Origin: Iphione sp. A-MEVVRFRX5
Taxonomy: Eukaryota
NCBI GenBank assembly: GCA_976226885.1
Contig: OZ320319.1
Span: forward strand, 53,568,001 to 53,632,000
Direction of reading: 5' to 3'
DNA length: 64,000 nucleotides
Shown here: positions 44,868-59,525 of the stretch, in pieces
How positions within the stretch are numbered: the first letter of the stretch is position 1
How the letters are laid out: each line of letters begins with the position of its first letter
Position numbers and translations under genes: made by a program
The notes under the pieces: generated by a model
What the model saw: the letters and a program-made list of their open reading frames with translations, nothing else
The model's database searches: none
What the model was told of the DNA's origin: nothing

Positions 44868-47800
44868 GCTAATGTGTATCCACTTAGTAACAAAATAAGT
44901 AACTGGATAGAAACATGGAATTTCAGGCTTTAAATAACTATAATTATTATTTATTCGGGGAGTTTGACGATACAGTAGCCATGTTCAACTACATGTATCT
45001 TCACCAACTGTGGTCATACTATCAGTGAAAGTTGCAAACCCTGCACAGAAATAAAACTGCAATGTTAACGGACTTGTTCGGTTATTGTGTTACATCATTG
45101 TCAACACCATACCCTTTTAAAACCCAAACGCCATCATCCTGAATGGTTCGGTTTCACAATTGAATATATGTCAAGAAAATCATTTATGAAGGGCTATACA
45201 GCAAAACTCTTGCCAACTTCTACCTATACAAAGCCGTAGCTACGGAGTCAGCAAAAGCAGACTGGGAAAATCCACCACTCAAGACAGGTGGCAAATGTAC
45301 ACTATGCATAGCTCGTTAAGTTGAAGACGTTGCATTTGCTGATTCTTGCTGAGTTAAGATATGTCATATCGTTTTAGCTTATCAACGAGACAGAGAGACA
45401 GGGATAGGCAATCGGGGGAAAGACAGATGGAGGAAAGAGGGAGACAAGGACATGTAAGGGATAGTCTAGGGAAACACGTTGAGGTCCAACATGTATGAGG
45501 GTGTTTTTATAAAAAGAATGTCTACCACAATATTAATGAGAACTGAGCACTGTCAACCCTTTGTCCATGTGAAGATGACAAATTGAACGAAGGAATTCCA
45601 CCTTGAAAGTATTGATCGCGATAGTGTTTTTTTTCCGATACAAAATTACATACGTCTGTTCTTTTGGAAGGTAAGACAAAATTGGCTTGAGATTTCACAA
45701 AAACAACAGGCTTCACAGTGTAAGTCAAAATGGAAATGAGGCTGTTCAGCAAATGGCAGAAAATAAGACCAAACAGTGAATATTCATAAGCTGATTTTTA
45801 ATTCTTGGGAGTGTGCCTCGGTGGTACACGGTAACCACCTTCCTGCTAATTGCCAACACCAGCTCCAACCACGAAGCACAACTGCCATGCACCAACACAA
45901 AAGATGAGGAAATTTTCATTCTACATTTCACGATTCTATACTGTATACGGTATTATTTTGGTGGAGAAAGCGACAACAAAGCTCTCACAATGGCTGGGTG
46001 GTTTCAATATTCTGCAGCCTCGCTTAAGAAACAGCCTCGCTTAAGAAACATCTACATGTACTTCCTTCTTATCGTCTCTGTGTGCGCTAGATATACTCAT
46101 TTTGTTTACATTGTTTTACCCTATCAGTAGCCACCATTGTTGAGAAAACCATTCATTGTGTCCGCTCAGTTTAACAATAGTGGACCATAATAGAAACATA
46201 TAGATCTATACTTTTACCTGTATATGGAATGTATATACATTTGTTCGTGTGTTCGTGTGTGTATGCGTGAGTTGACTGCGTAATATTTTAGGCAGTGGAC
46301 GAAGACGTGCCTGTACACTCCTGCATGGGATATATGAGCTTTTAAATGATAATGGGAAATAAGTCTTTCCAAAGTTCATTGTTCTAGAACATGTGCATAA
46401 TTAGACAGGAAAAGGAAAAGAAAACTTACGTCTGTGTACATGCAGCTTGCAATGGTTCAGGTGGGTATTTAACTATCCCAAGAAAGAGTTCAAGTAGGGC
46501 ATGTAGCCAGAATAATAAACAGGTTCGTGAAAATTGCTAAAAGACTGCTCCTACAAGGAAATACATGTGATAGAAGTGAAATCGTTTTTGAAGAAACTAC
46601 CTCCTGCGCTTGAGATGTTAATCCTCATTAGAAGACCGACCATCCCAATATGTATGTATATGTAGGTAGGTTTAGATGCACTTGATGTCTGTGAGAAAAT
46701 GCCAAATTGTGGAATTGAATATTACCACGGAAAGCACGTTTTGGATAGATTGAAGGATGCACCGCACGTTTAGTGAGCTAAAGACGTAGAACATTCAGAT
46801 AATATGTTCAATGATGAACCTGTCCTGGTAAAAATGAGAATTGAAACTGTATTCCAACATCTTTCACCATCAGTCCATGACCTTCAACGAGAAATTTTCT
46901 AGTTTCCTGATGTCCTAAACGTCACTGACTGCTATACGTTTATATGGTAGAATTTACAATTTAGAGGGCCATGTATCTTGATCCAAACGGTTCTACTGTC
47001 ATATGGGCGCAGGTGGAGGGGACCCGGGGAGGGATGACCGGCTGGACAAGCAAGACCACACAAGTTACCTATAGTGTCAAGAATTCTAAAAATGTTTTAA
47101 CGCCAGTTTGTAGCACAAAGCCAACACCACAATGTCAGGTTCAATATCAGCTGTTTATTCTTCTTCAGCAACTAGTACAGTGAGTCAGCAATTCAGCAGC
47201 AGTAGGAAGATGAGTCTGACGAGAGCATCGGACTGCTCTCATTATATACTCTACTTACCAATAGTGACAACACATCCTACTTGCGTCAACCAGATACAGT
47301 TATTCATTACATGTCAACTACACAATGGGTCATTATGACTTAGGTATCATGACGTCACTAGCGCCCGATGTCCAGGGTCTCATAAAAGATCACTGATAAC
47401 ATCTACATTGTTCACAAAGTGACTCAACACAAAATACAATGGCTTTACACTGTTTTAGGCTAGTTCCGCTTGACACTAATATGAAGAACACAAGTTCCTG
47501 CCAGACAAAATTTTTTTTATCACTTTACAGTACTTCGTAGTAAGGCTTTACTTCAGTATTTCTATCTGTACACTATACATAATATAACATCCCAGTACCG
47601 CTTGTGCTAGAGCATAATCTGAATATTATAACATAACATTATCTCACACTAACATAACATTACTTTTATTGCACGGTAGTTATGTATTGGTTTCAAACAT
47701 TATACAATATACCCTTTTTAGAACATTATGTCTAACGACACATCATCACCTTTATTCAACCTGTGTTACAAGTTAAAGCTGTTTGAACACAGAGTTACAA

Positions 47801-50800
47801 ATGATGATATATTTTCTTGAATTAATCCCTTCCATTGACTTTTTCTAATGTATATTATTTCAAACAATAGCTTCGTAAAGTGCAAGCTGACAAAATGCCA
47901 TGACAAGGTTTCATTCGTTGCAGCTTCGTAGGATATATAGGTCGCTGACTAATATTCTTATTTTTATCCGCGTTTTTGTCTTGTTCTTTCCTGTGCTTTC
48001 GATGGCCACTGGCCAGGTTTCAGTCACCATAGCAGCCACGGGAATATGTCGTATCTATATAAATAAGACCATATTTCAACACAAGTTAATATGACAAGTG
48101 AGTCACTGACGCGTAAACCGTTTCCCAAACATGGTGTGGAGAAATATTAACGCTTGAAATTTCTCTAAAGTAATGGCTTGATTATCACCTTCTTACTGAC
48201 CAGTCTTTTTCTCTTTGGCGAGCTCCAAGGCTATTTCGGGATACTCGGTGGTCGACACCGTAGAGGAGAAGGAGGAAGTTAGGTAATTTTGAACCACATT
48301 TCAAGCTTTCAAAAAGCTATGAATGAGCTGCAGATATTTCAAGGAAAATATTCCCAATATGACTCATTCCCGCATATATCATGAACTCTTACCAAAGTTA
48401 TTTTATTTCAGAACATTCTACCATAGTGCTACAGAGTAATTAGCACTGCCAATAGGTCTAAAGCATCAAGTTGCTCGTCGTAACAACAAGGGATGGCTAA
48501 GCCGTCAGAGGAACGATTTACTAAAACATATCTACAAGCGCTCTTAGAATTAATAAATTAGCCCCCCATTGAGTCGTCCCAACATCATCAACAGACGAAA
48601 TCCGAAAATCGTTATAAGCTGTTAAGAGGATGGTTATGGCAGCATCTCCAAACACTAGAAAGGTCGTGCGTGGTCTGAATCTGCCATCCCTCTCAATGCA
48701 TTACCGAGAGCATATTTACACAGCATGATAGGTCCTTAGACTTGGAAATGAACTGAAATTTTCCCCTTGGTATGAAGTACTAGAATCGTCATTAACAATG
48801 TTGAGACCATTTAAAATCCTGGATTGATAACAGTGCGACATCTACATCTACGTAAATTGAAAAACAAAAGTCATGCATACTTAATTAGGGGTCCACCAGC
48901 ATAGTGGATACCGTCACATTCATCCACAAGGCATGACGTGCAGATTGGGTTGTTGTTACTGACAGAGGAATTTCTTGACATGCACTTCAACACAGGCTGA
49001 CTTGTCCTCATAGTCAATCACAAAGTTTTTAATACGTGTATATGCACATTCTTTAAAGACGATATGCGAACATGATTTCCCGACATTGGTGGCTCTTCCG
49101 AACGAGGAACAGCACTGCTACTAGCCACAATATTTCCATCAGTTCATGTTCGGAAATAGCACCAACTTTATTAGCTATGAAGCCAGTTATCATAGTCAGT
49201 ACAGTTGACCAGCTGAACGTTCTTGGCGGTTCTCTGAGACACTGACCCGATCTAGTTAAGCTTGCATTGAGGTCAATTTCTTCTTTGATTTCCCACCAGG
49301 TATCCATTAGTTGAAGAAACAGTCCATTGCCCCGTGTCCACCCTCGGGACAAATCTGGTCAATATTTCTGAAATGGTAATGATTATTGCAACAGCTAACC
49401 GCCACTGAATTTATATCATTGTCTTTTCATGTACTCGTTGTTCCTCGTGATTTTAGTCCGTTGACTCCAGAAAGATAAAGTGGCTATGGAATCAACACTG
49501 AAGCTCCTGTTCAGTAAACTGTTTTCGAGCTTCAGCATTGAGGTCCATTAGTGTAGACCCAGCTAAATACTTTATCAGCTGCGAAAAGGCATGATCGATA
49601 TAACCTCTTTCACATTATCTCCAGCTTCAGGGTTAGGTTTCGTGAAGATACCCGTCGAACCTAGTACCAATGAATCTACCTCCTCGTCCTGCATATGATT
49701 GTTAATACATTATTGCTTTTTTATTGTGTACCTTTTGTCTCGTCCATTTCACCACCTGATGAAGATGCACAGCTTCATGTCATGGGAGGAGCCTTCAGTG
49801 AATTCGTTAGGTCTCCACGCAAAAGGTCATGAAAGCTGCTGTACAACCCCTCACCCTTCTAACCCCCCTCCAATTGTTTGTACATTTCCTTATAGATAGA
49901 GCGTTGATATTTGGAGAACTATTCACTTATTATGCGAACTTGGCATCGTAAAGAAATTAGATAAAGTTAAAAAATATCATTGGAGTTGTAAATGTCTTTT
50001 TGAAAAAAGATTTTTGCATATTCAGTAGAGATGGAGAGCTGAAGTCTTAGAGGTAAAAGCCTAGAACAGGTGTTTGGTGCAGTTAAAATCTGGCTAAGTT
50101 CGAAAAATTCTGGATAGTCATAAAGGTTCTTCTCTTTTCCTTTCCTGGCGTGTAAGGAAGTATAGATCCCTGAGATCGTCTTGTCTCATTCGCCTTCTCC
50201 CTGCATCTAGTCACCATCAACACCTTAACTAGTGACTATATACTTTAGATGAATAAAATGGTTGGAACGTTGGGAGGGTATGAAGAACCGAACATTGGTA
50301 AGAAGAAAACGATAAAAAATAGACCAGGAAGATGATGGCAGGTAGGTCACATACAGAATGGGCCCTCCCATCACCTGCAGGTATATTTGACTCAGAGTGC
50401 AGATAAAACTGACACCTATATCATTTATACTATACATACTATACATCTTTTCATACAGTATACCCCGGATGTTCCAGGCAAATCTACTTGGTACAGAATA
50501 AGACTATTTTATGTAAAAACACATTATTCCGGTGCTCTTGTTATTGCAGACATAACGATTTGGTAGCAATCGAGTTTGCAGTAATGCAGCTGTACTGTAT
50601 GAAAGATATGTATGTATTTTCATGTACAAGTTATAATACTAAAACGTCGTAAAATATATAATTTCGAAGGTGTGCGACCAACCGAACAAGACTAGGTAAA
50701 TTGCATCACCAACATGTAGGTGAATGTGTGTTACCTAGATTATGTAGGCCTACCCGGTGAACACTTTTCGCTCATACGTGTATTTTTGGGGGTAATTGTA

Positions 50801-51774
50801 TTACTACTCGGATCCAGCCCTGACCGCAGTAACAAAACATGGTATCTTTTCATGTTCCGAGTGGCCTCAAAAATATTAATGCGTAGTTTTAAGGCCTCAC
50901 CATTGCATTGGCAACTTCCTTTTGGCAAGATAAAAAAAAATCCACCACGCGAAATGTCTCTGCTGCCTCAATGATTCTGGTCGTACATCCGTATAATCCC
51001 ACATGGAGCATGCTACATGTACACCTTGTCTCATTACAATTTGCCTGTTTCATGCTATTTCATTATTGTGTAGCATATTGATATAAAGTAGAGCTATATC
51101 CCAAGCTATATTCAAAGTAGATCACCTGCCACGTCAAAAGCATCCAAGCACGTTATCGGCGGTGAACCAGAGGATGGCAAGTAGGAAGGGGGAGGTGTCT
51201 TCAGTACGAATTGACTGAGGAACGACCAGGAAGATATTAAATCAAACGACCGACTTTTCAGTCCCACAGCTTTCTTTCAAATCCCAATGCCCACTTGGTT
51301 GAGAACACCCTTGACACCCAGTTCTAAAACGAAGACGCATGTAGTCCCCTGCACCCCTAGCCAAGGGTCAAAGGTCTCTCAACATTTATGCTCTCTAATC
51401 CTGAGCAGTGTACAGCTTGATTTGTCTCATGTTAGTTTATGGAAACCCGTGAACACCGGAAGATCTTTGAAGAGACCTCTCTTGGAAGCAAATCCTTGAT
51501 CTGCTCAGCAACCAATCTGGAGTTCGGGTACAAGAAAGCTCAGTCGTTTTGCAAACGCAGCCAGGGTAATAATAGCTTTTACGTACATATTTATTAAACA
51601 CAGATTCAGTATATATGTATCATTTTGACCTACATGTATATGTACATATCACATGACATACATGGAATACATTGAAAAAAAAGTGAGATCGTTCTGATGA
51701 CTGCGTCTGGTAACTGGAGCGGAACGGCCGACTCGTGCCTTGCAGCCGAACCTTCTACTGTTAGACGTACACGG

Positions 51775-51807
51775 TATAAAGCGTGTGCGCCAGAGTGTGG
51801 GTGCAGT
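51775..51807 (+). promoter_or_regulatory. TATA box with Inr-like GCAGTC at +30
   Basis: TATAAA 51775-51780 and A at 51805, in a CpG-rich patch upstream of a signal-peptide exon. Confidence 0.55.
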
Positions 51808-51991
51808 CGTCGGCGACTCGTCCGCTCCTTCTTTTCTCATCGAGATATCTTTTGAAGTGTGACTAAAAGCAGCCACGAGTAGCAGTGCGCAGTGTTATTC
51901 CCTTGGGCGGCTCGGGGTAGCTTCGTTTCGAGAGCCCAGGCCAGCGTCAACCCGGCCCGTTCTCATTGGGATGTCCTTTAGAACCTGCACG

Positions 51992-52040
51992 ATGACGAAA
52001 ATCATCGGGATCGGTGTTCTGCTGCTGGCTGGAATATGCG
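51992..52040 (+). CDS. Probable first coding exon of an unidentified secreted or membrane protein (signal peptide)
   Basis: MTKIIGIGVLLLAGIC+G followed by the consensus phase-1 donor G|GTGAGT. No downstream exon identified. Confidence 0.55.
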
Positions 52041-52659
52041 GTGAGTTCGGGCTTGCAATACACATTGACAGAGTATAGGCCGTGCGTATAGTGAATCACA
52101 TTGCATTTCCAAGCAGAGGGAGTATGTATCTCTGCCTGTAGCAAAGGGTTACACACACGAGTGGATAGGCACGAAGCATTTCTCCCGCTGAATTTTGAGG
52201 CAGTGGTCTGTGTCCTCACAGTGGTCTGTGTCCTCGCAACCAAGAACTAAAGGATAACTGGTTCTTAATCTATACTCCCCATGAACTCCCATTTTTTTCA
52301 TCCAGACCACCGATTTTTGTATTGCCCCTGTCACAAATAACAAAAGCCTATCAAATTCAGAATTGCCAACCGATATGCCTCTCTATAAATCTGTCGATCT
52401 ACATTTTTACAATATACAGGTACTTTTAAATAATGTGCCTCGGGCACACTATCGCATGGGGGAGACGAAGTATTCTCATAAGTATGATATTGTACAACAC
52501 GCGTGGTGTGGTGTATTTAATGCAACGTGCAGGTCCCTCTAAGTGGTTGTCTATGACAGAGCTAATGACCGAACCTGATTACCCACTTCACCTTACTGAC
52601 ATCATTATATGTGTGTTGTACTTGTTTTTTTTTGTGGGTAATTAAGGAACACACAACAC

Positions 52660-53620
52660 TGTACACATACTTGTATATCAAGCCTACCAATGCCCATGCC
52701 TACCTTCACTTTGGCTCTGCGCAAACACAACATAGCAAAAGGGCCTTATCATATGGACAGTTCCTCAGACTCCGACATATATGCTAAAGAGTGCAAGATT
52801 TCCTATGTATAAGTCTAACACTTGCCCAGCACTTGGTCAACAGAGGGTATCCTACCCAGCTACTTATTGAGGCTTTACACAGAGCCAGGGATCAGGACAG
52901 ACAACACTTACTGAGGACACCAAGGGATGACTCTACCATACCACAGCAAGAATGGAAACATATTGCAGTCACTGACTTCAACCCAGGGTACCAGGACTGC
53001 CGTTGCACTGTGAAGAAAAATTGGCCCATTCTAGGATGGTCCAAAACCACAAAGGCCCTGTATGACAGACCTGTACTCTTTTCATACAGATGCCCAAAGA
53101 ATCTGAAGTACATCCTGGTACATACTAAGCTGAACTTCTCTACCAAAGCATTACAGGAGACCATTTCAGGTACAACTTTCAATAGTCATTCACTGAGACA
53201 TGTCTGTCATCGTGAATTATGTCATTACTGTCCAAAACTGGACAGTACAGGAAAGATCAGGAGCTCTACCACAGGTCACTCATACAGAGCCAAGTTCAAT
53301 GTCACCTGCAAGAGTTCCAACCTAGTGTACTGTATTACATGCAAACAAAGTTGCAACCAATATGTAGGACACACTAAAAACAGACTGCAAGATGGCATGG
53401 CTACATAATTTCTACAATATCACCTACAATGTAGACACTCACTTGGTTGCTACCCATTTTAATGAAGGCATGCACCAGGGCCTAAAGGATGTTACATTGC
53501 ATGTGGTGGACTTCCTACACAGTCATCCAGACAAGCAGGGCACCAGAAACTGAGACAAAAGGTGGAGTTCATGTGGATTCACCAATTACGTACACAGGCC
53601 CCACAGGGCCTGAATGCCAT
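52660..53620 (+). mobile_element. Penelope-like element, 5'-truncated: RT C-terminus plus GIY-YIG endonuclease (frameshifted)
   Basis: YLYIKPTNAHAYLHF...YGQFLRLRHIC...LVNRGYP...NVTCKSSNLVYCITC...QYVGHTKNRL...QAPQGLN. Confidence 0.9.
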
Positions 53621-54084
53621 AGCTTCAGAATTTGACAAAGACTCTCCTTCTAACCATATCCCTTGGCCACCTAGCCATGTTAGAAAAAATTGTACACTCT
53701 TTGTGGCAAGGATATACACATTCCAGGTTTGAGAGAAAGGGTTGAACTCACAGCCAGGGTTGATATGACCATACACACCTTCTACATTTTGTTCATATAC
53801 ATACTAATACATGGAGAGAAACTGACCTGTGCAGTGTTCCACATGTGGGGACCCTCTCATCTCACCACCAACCCTCCCATCAAGGGGGATACCTCTACCT
53901 AGGTGGTTAAGCATGGAGGTCTATCCGATGGCTCCAGTTGGAAATGTACCATAGGACATTACATGAAAACCACTGGACCACTATTCCCCCTGTTTCTTAC
54001 TGCTGTAAGCAGTGGCTGTGACATACTAGTCCCCCACCCCTACTTGGGGACTTACAATAGATATTAATATGATTATGACCCCTT

Positions 54085-54124
54085 AGTGCCTGATGAGACC
54101 ATAAAGGTTGAAACTGCAGCAACT
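54085..54124 (+). ncRNA. Degenerate minimal hammerhead ribozyme in the Penelope 3' region
   Basis: CTGATGA 54090-54096, stem II GACC-ataaa-GGTT, GAAAC, palindromic CTGCAG. The cleavage triplet reads GCA and stem I is imperfect. Confidence 0.5.
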
Positions 54125-54393
54125 GGATCTTTTTTCCTTTCCAGCAGAACATCCTTCTTAGTATGGATCCTTGACCTATGTTACTATTGAACAGGATAAA
54201 CACATACCACCCTTTGGAGAGGGGAACCTCAGGTGTCCACATATGCATACAGCTCTTGTGGCACCAGGGGCCCCATAGGATAGGGGAAGGTACCACACAA
54301 ATGATGAAAATAAACATACAATTCAGACTGTTTTATAGACCAAAAAGAAGAGGAAGACAATCCTATATTCAATAAGTGACACCCAATTTATGT

Positions 54394-54750
54394 AAGGCTC
54401 CCCCCAAAATAGGTGTGTTTCTGGTAATGATCTGCCAAAAACCTAGGTAGAGGGGGGGGGGTATCTTTTTTTCTTTTTAGATTTTTTTCCACTTTCTTCC
54501 TCTGGTTTTCTATAATGATACAGACAATATGAAGCATTTTGACCAATTTGTATGAGTTTTACAGTTTTTTAGTGAATTTCCATGGACTTTGTTGTTTTTC
54601 TACTGAATTTACAAAAAACATGTGCCATGAAAACACATATCTGAGGAAATTCACCCTTGGAAACTCTTTGGGGCCAAAGACTTTTTAGGTAGGGTGAGGT
54701 TTTAATAGGTAGGGGTGGGTGACCAGAAACACATCTATTTTTTTGGCCTA
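54394..54750. mobile_element. MITE, copy 2
   Basis: Same TIRs and internal sequence as 44514-44867, same orientation. Confidence 0.75.
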
Positions 54751-57174
54751 ACTAGGATTATTCCTTGACTCTAACACATGGAACTATGTTCTCAAGCCCA
54801 AGAGTCAGAGCAGGGTCTTAGGTGTGTAGGCTGTATTCATGGGCGAGGAAGATCTCATGACAGAGTTTGCGCGGTCGCACTGAGGTTCTACACTGGAGTA
54901 CCACGTTCAGAACATGTGTTGTTCTTGATCATGTTTACTGGAGAAAAGCAATAGAGTATATCAGGTTCCCTCGGAGGAAAGATTATTGGCATAGATATGG
55001 ACGTATTTGCATATAGTCTGTGAAAGACTAGTTATCATCATCTATCTGTATATGGTATTTATACACTGTGGCAGGACATCGATTGGAATGAGTTTTGCCA
55101 TACTGTACAAAGCTGCAGGTGGAGTTCAGTGTTGCAAAACAAATGGTGATCAATCTCTCCCCCACTGTAAGGGTGGTTTTGTTTTTATTCCCTGCATATT
55201 TATACAGATATTTGATAGTAAAGTACCTATTTGAAGGTTTTTTGACTGATTATTAGTCTAGACTCACAGATGGCATATTGATAAAAATTTAAGTGTAGTG
55301 TCGATGTCTGACCCAATAAATAAACTACAGCGCTTGCACATTGGATGAAAACTTTGGCTACTTAGGGATTTTGCCGAACATGATGTCCTGAACTTAAGGT
55401 TTTCCAATAAATCAATTACATTGTACATCACAATGTATGCTGGAATGGCTTGCACAACCGTCATGACGGTCTGTATATGTTAAATTTAATGTTTAATCTT
55501 AGTTTTGCTAAAAATTATCTATTCTCTTCATATTTCTATGTACAAAAATCAAGTAAACACAGTACCCCAATCTTGTTTTGGTTAAAAAGGAACACATTTC
55601 ACCTTTGAACTCATACCAAACTTGTGCAGTATACGCTATAATACCAACTCGGTCTGCACAGGTGGTATTGTGCTGTGTATGTACCACATGGGTGGGGAAT
55701 AAAACATGTATAAATGATATGCTGTGTAAGAAAAATAATAGGTATAGTATGAACCCATGGATAATCCATGACCAACATGTGTGTGTAAAGGAACTGACCG
55801 TGAAAAGCCAGTTCTAGTATGTGCCAGAAAACAGAAGTTGAATGTTAAAAACTCAGAGCATAAAAGAAATATATATATATCAAATTTTATTCTATAGGGA
55901 CGATAATGCCTATCATATATATTCCAGTTTTACATTGGTTTAGATTACACAATTATTGTTTTTAACAATAAAGCACTTACTTCTTGCACAACAGTATAAT
56001 GCCAAGTCTTTCATAGGCGACTGATATTATAATCTTGAAATCCAGACATGGAACACTGATGCTCAGAAAGCAAATGACACGAGTTTATATCATTTAGCAA
56101 AAGGTACGAGTATATCCTCTCTCAGGATGTCCCTCTGACGTCATCCTCTCAGGTATACACATAGCGTTCTCTGGTCACAGTTGACAGGCTAGTTTGATGG
56201 TCTAATCGATGTTCTAATTTTCCGCTTGAGCAGTATATTTTTTATACAGATGTACACAAGTGGAAATGTCAGGTCTGGTGATGTTGGAAGGCAATTACTA
56301 ACACAATACCGTGTGAGGATTACGTTGTCGGTTGTGTGAAATACGCAAGAATTCGAAAAAGTGAACATCCTGCATCAAATTGACAGGATATTTCTTTAGG
56401 GAGGCTCTAAAGCTTTGAGATAAAACGGACACGTTATTCTAATACTTACACGAGGTCATAGTAATCACTTAAATAAAAAACTAAAATAAAAGGTTAATAG
56501 AAGGTGTAATACAATAACTCCTAATATTTTAACCAGAACAACGTCATAATGCACAACCAAGTCTATACTATAGGGAAGATTTTAATTAATAAATTTCAGG
56601 TATACATATAAATCAAACTGAAGCACGTACTGGTGCAGCCCTAACTGTCGAATGAAATGGCAATCTGCATAAACACTACATTCGTCCATCAGTGTCATTC
56701 TCCTGCGTAGACGGTGCGCTTCTCAAAAATACACATGTATACATGTATACATAATGTAACAAAAAAGAATATTAGAAATTCTTGGCATAACATGTGGTGA
56801 GATGCAATCATATTGTATGACTCAAGGCTCTGAGTCAAAGTTATCAGCTTGTGGTCTGATTAAGGGCCCTGTGGTTCGATGCAATGCCCTTTGATGTGTC
56901 CTTGTAAAGCTTCCTTGTATGAAAGTCACTTTGATTTAATGTTCGGCCGTATAATTGAATGATATGAACCATTCAAGGCTCTGCGGTATGTTTCCACATC
57001 TTATGGCATGATGCACTGTGTTGTATGTTTTCAGACTCGTGGTATGACCCGAGGACAATGTGAAATGAGTGAGAGTGCTGTGCCTTGATTCTAGTCCCCA
57101 TTGTATATTTTTGCCATATATATATTTATATAATGAATGTACCTTTGTGAAAATGTGCATGATAACTAATTCTG

Positions 57175-58811
57175 TAGGGGAAGGGTGGGTAATTTGTATC
57201 CCCTAAGAAAAATAGGCTCTAAAAGTAGAATGTCTAAGCCAATGTCCAAATACCTTGCCTATAGGGGCAATAGGGGCTATAGCATATTTGAACAAACTGG
57301 GGGAATTTTAGTTAGATCTATCTTTGAGTAAAATGTAATTAATAATTTGGGACAAGTGGTCCAATTTACCATCCCTGGTGGGTAAATTGGACCAGTCATG
57401 AGGGTAAATTGGACCAGGTGTCATAGTCTACTCAGTCAGTTATAAAATAAATCTAGGTCCTAAGGATGTAAGTCTCCTGAACAACAGCATGGCTTTGAAA
57501 GGTTTTGGTCACTGCTAGCTGTGATGACAATGGACTTCACAACTTCTTCTGTCAAAATACATACAACAGAATGGGACCTGCATTCCTGAGGTATTAGATT
57601 CTTTTCACACCTGTTGCTGCAGCTTTATGAAATGTCTGTAAAATATTTCACCAAATATTTATTGCAAATAACACAATTAACAATAAAAACATAATACTGG
57701 AGAATTCATAGTCCTGCACAGGCCATCTGCCAGGATCTATCTACAGCCACAAGAGCCCCACTGGGCATGTTGTGTATGTCCTAATGAAGAATTATTCATG
57801 TTGAATATATAATACCTGGGACTGAGTAGGGATCTTTTCCAAAGGGGCTGAAAAATCTTTGCTCCAGGATAGCAAAACCAACTTTGGAATGAGCTAATTT
57901 ATATTTTTCAAAATTTTGACATCTGGGTCTTCCAAATGTTTCTTAAAATGCCTATCTCAAATAATACATTTGGTAAGATATCCTCTTAGGCTTACAAAGC
58001 TTCTGGCAAAAGTGGCAGGAGCTTTGTTGATGACATCTTCATACACCCTAGTAAATTACCATATGTCTTCACCAGTAATCTTACCATTAAAAGTCCTAAG
58101 TGTGCTAAAACCAAAGATACCTAAAGAAAGCCAACAAATATTTCTCTATTTATTTTTTCAAATGAGAAGTCTTTCATTTCAATAAAAAAAAATACTTCCA
58201 GTAGAAATGGGTACATCACAGAGTTCCACAGACTTGCACTATGTTTACCGTGTTGGTTCAAAATAGACTGGATTCATATAATAGCTCCATGCTGAGACAA
58301 AATACAGGTACCACAAGGTTTCTCCAAGGCTTGCAAAACAGGTAAAAGAAAAGGTAATGGTTGAGTGGATAAATTAGACTGGGTCAGGTCATTAGACCAG
58401 GGGTCCAATATACCCTCTCCATAGTGGTCTAATTTACATCCAAATCCATCCTACATCAGGAAAAAATCTTTCTGCTCATTTTTGTGCAGATGACAAGGAC
58501 TAAATTTGATATCAGTATTACTTTTGAGTGAGACACTACTGATGTGAAGTCACAGTAGGGTTCTTTGTACTTTTGGCTTGCAACTACATTGCCAAATAAA
58601 ATCAGGAAAATTAGATCAGTGAGACATAATACCAATAATGCTTTGCACTTCAGCACACATTCTTTTGAAGCCATCATATTTTAGTTGTAAGACATTGGGT
58701 CATTATATTATTTATTGAAGGAGGGTGCTTGTGTTCCTTCTTCTCTTGAAAATCAGAGATCTTAATGTGGTCCAATTTACCCTCTGGTCCAAATTACCCA
58801 CCCTTTCCCTA
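57175..58811. mobile_element. Non-autonomous TIR DNA transposon (about 1.64 kb)
   Basis: TIR taggggaagggtgggtaatttg (57175-57196) / caaattacccaccctttcccta (58790-58811), 21 of 22 matching. Internal ggtccaatttacc repeats in both orientations. Confidence 0.8.
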
Positions 58812-59525
58812 AGAAGTATCGGTAAAGATTTCTCCCTTCCTCTCTGTCTCTGCTTTTGTCTCTGTCTCGATTTCTCTCTATTTATATAATTATAGATATA
58901 ATTTAAATTGATGGGAAGCATTTCGATATCCACCAACATTTGCTTCCCTTATCCTAACCATAATCTGACAACTAACCCTAATGTTCAGGTTTGTTTAATG
59001 TTGTACCGGTTTTTATGAAGTGGTATAAATTTGGTTAAGTATGTTTGGTCATATTCACCTCATGACCCATACATGTGCAAGTCTGAACAGACACATTGTA
59101 CACTTGGAATTGATGGTAAATTTCAGTCAGGGGGTTACGAGGGATTTTTACCCTCAAAACCGAAGGTGCTTACATACACTACATTCCATGAAGGCGGTAA
59201 AAAATCACTCACATAAACTATGCTTGAAAAAGTGCCTGTGTGTCTTGGGGGGGATGGGTGTGTGAAAATAATAGTGCCATTGCATCACTTACATATTTTT
59301 GTGGTGAGGGTACTAACTACATGTGGGCCCATTCCCAGTTAAGTGTGGCCCAAAGATACATTTTGAACGTTGCTGTATAAAATGAAATTGTATACCAATG
59401 GAATCTACAGACATGTAGGATATATATTCTAGAAAAGAGATACTTGATATCAAGCTGTGGCACAATGAAGTGGTGACTGTGTTGGGTTATCAAATCCACT
59501 TGAAGCTTAAGATGCACAAAACTCT

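Noticed and set aside
44940-45300. Cys-rich stretch resembling a zinc finger or an exon
   Set aside because: Stops in every frame and no convincing splice sites.
56135-56161. 27-nt phase-1 micro-exon (GCPSDVILS) as exon 2 of the signal-peptide gene
   Set aside because: The splice-like signals arise from a local atcctctc(tc)agg direct repeat and there is no further support.
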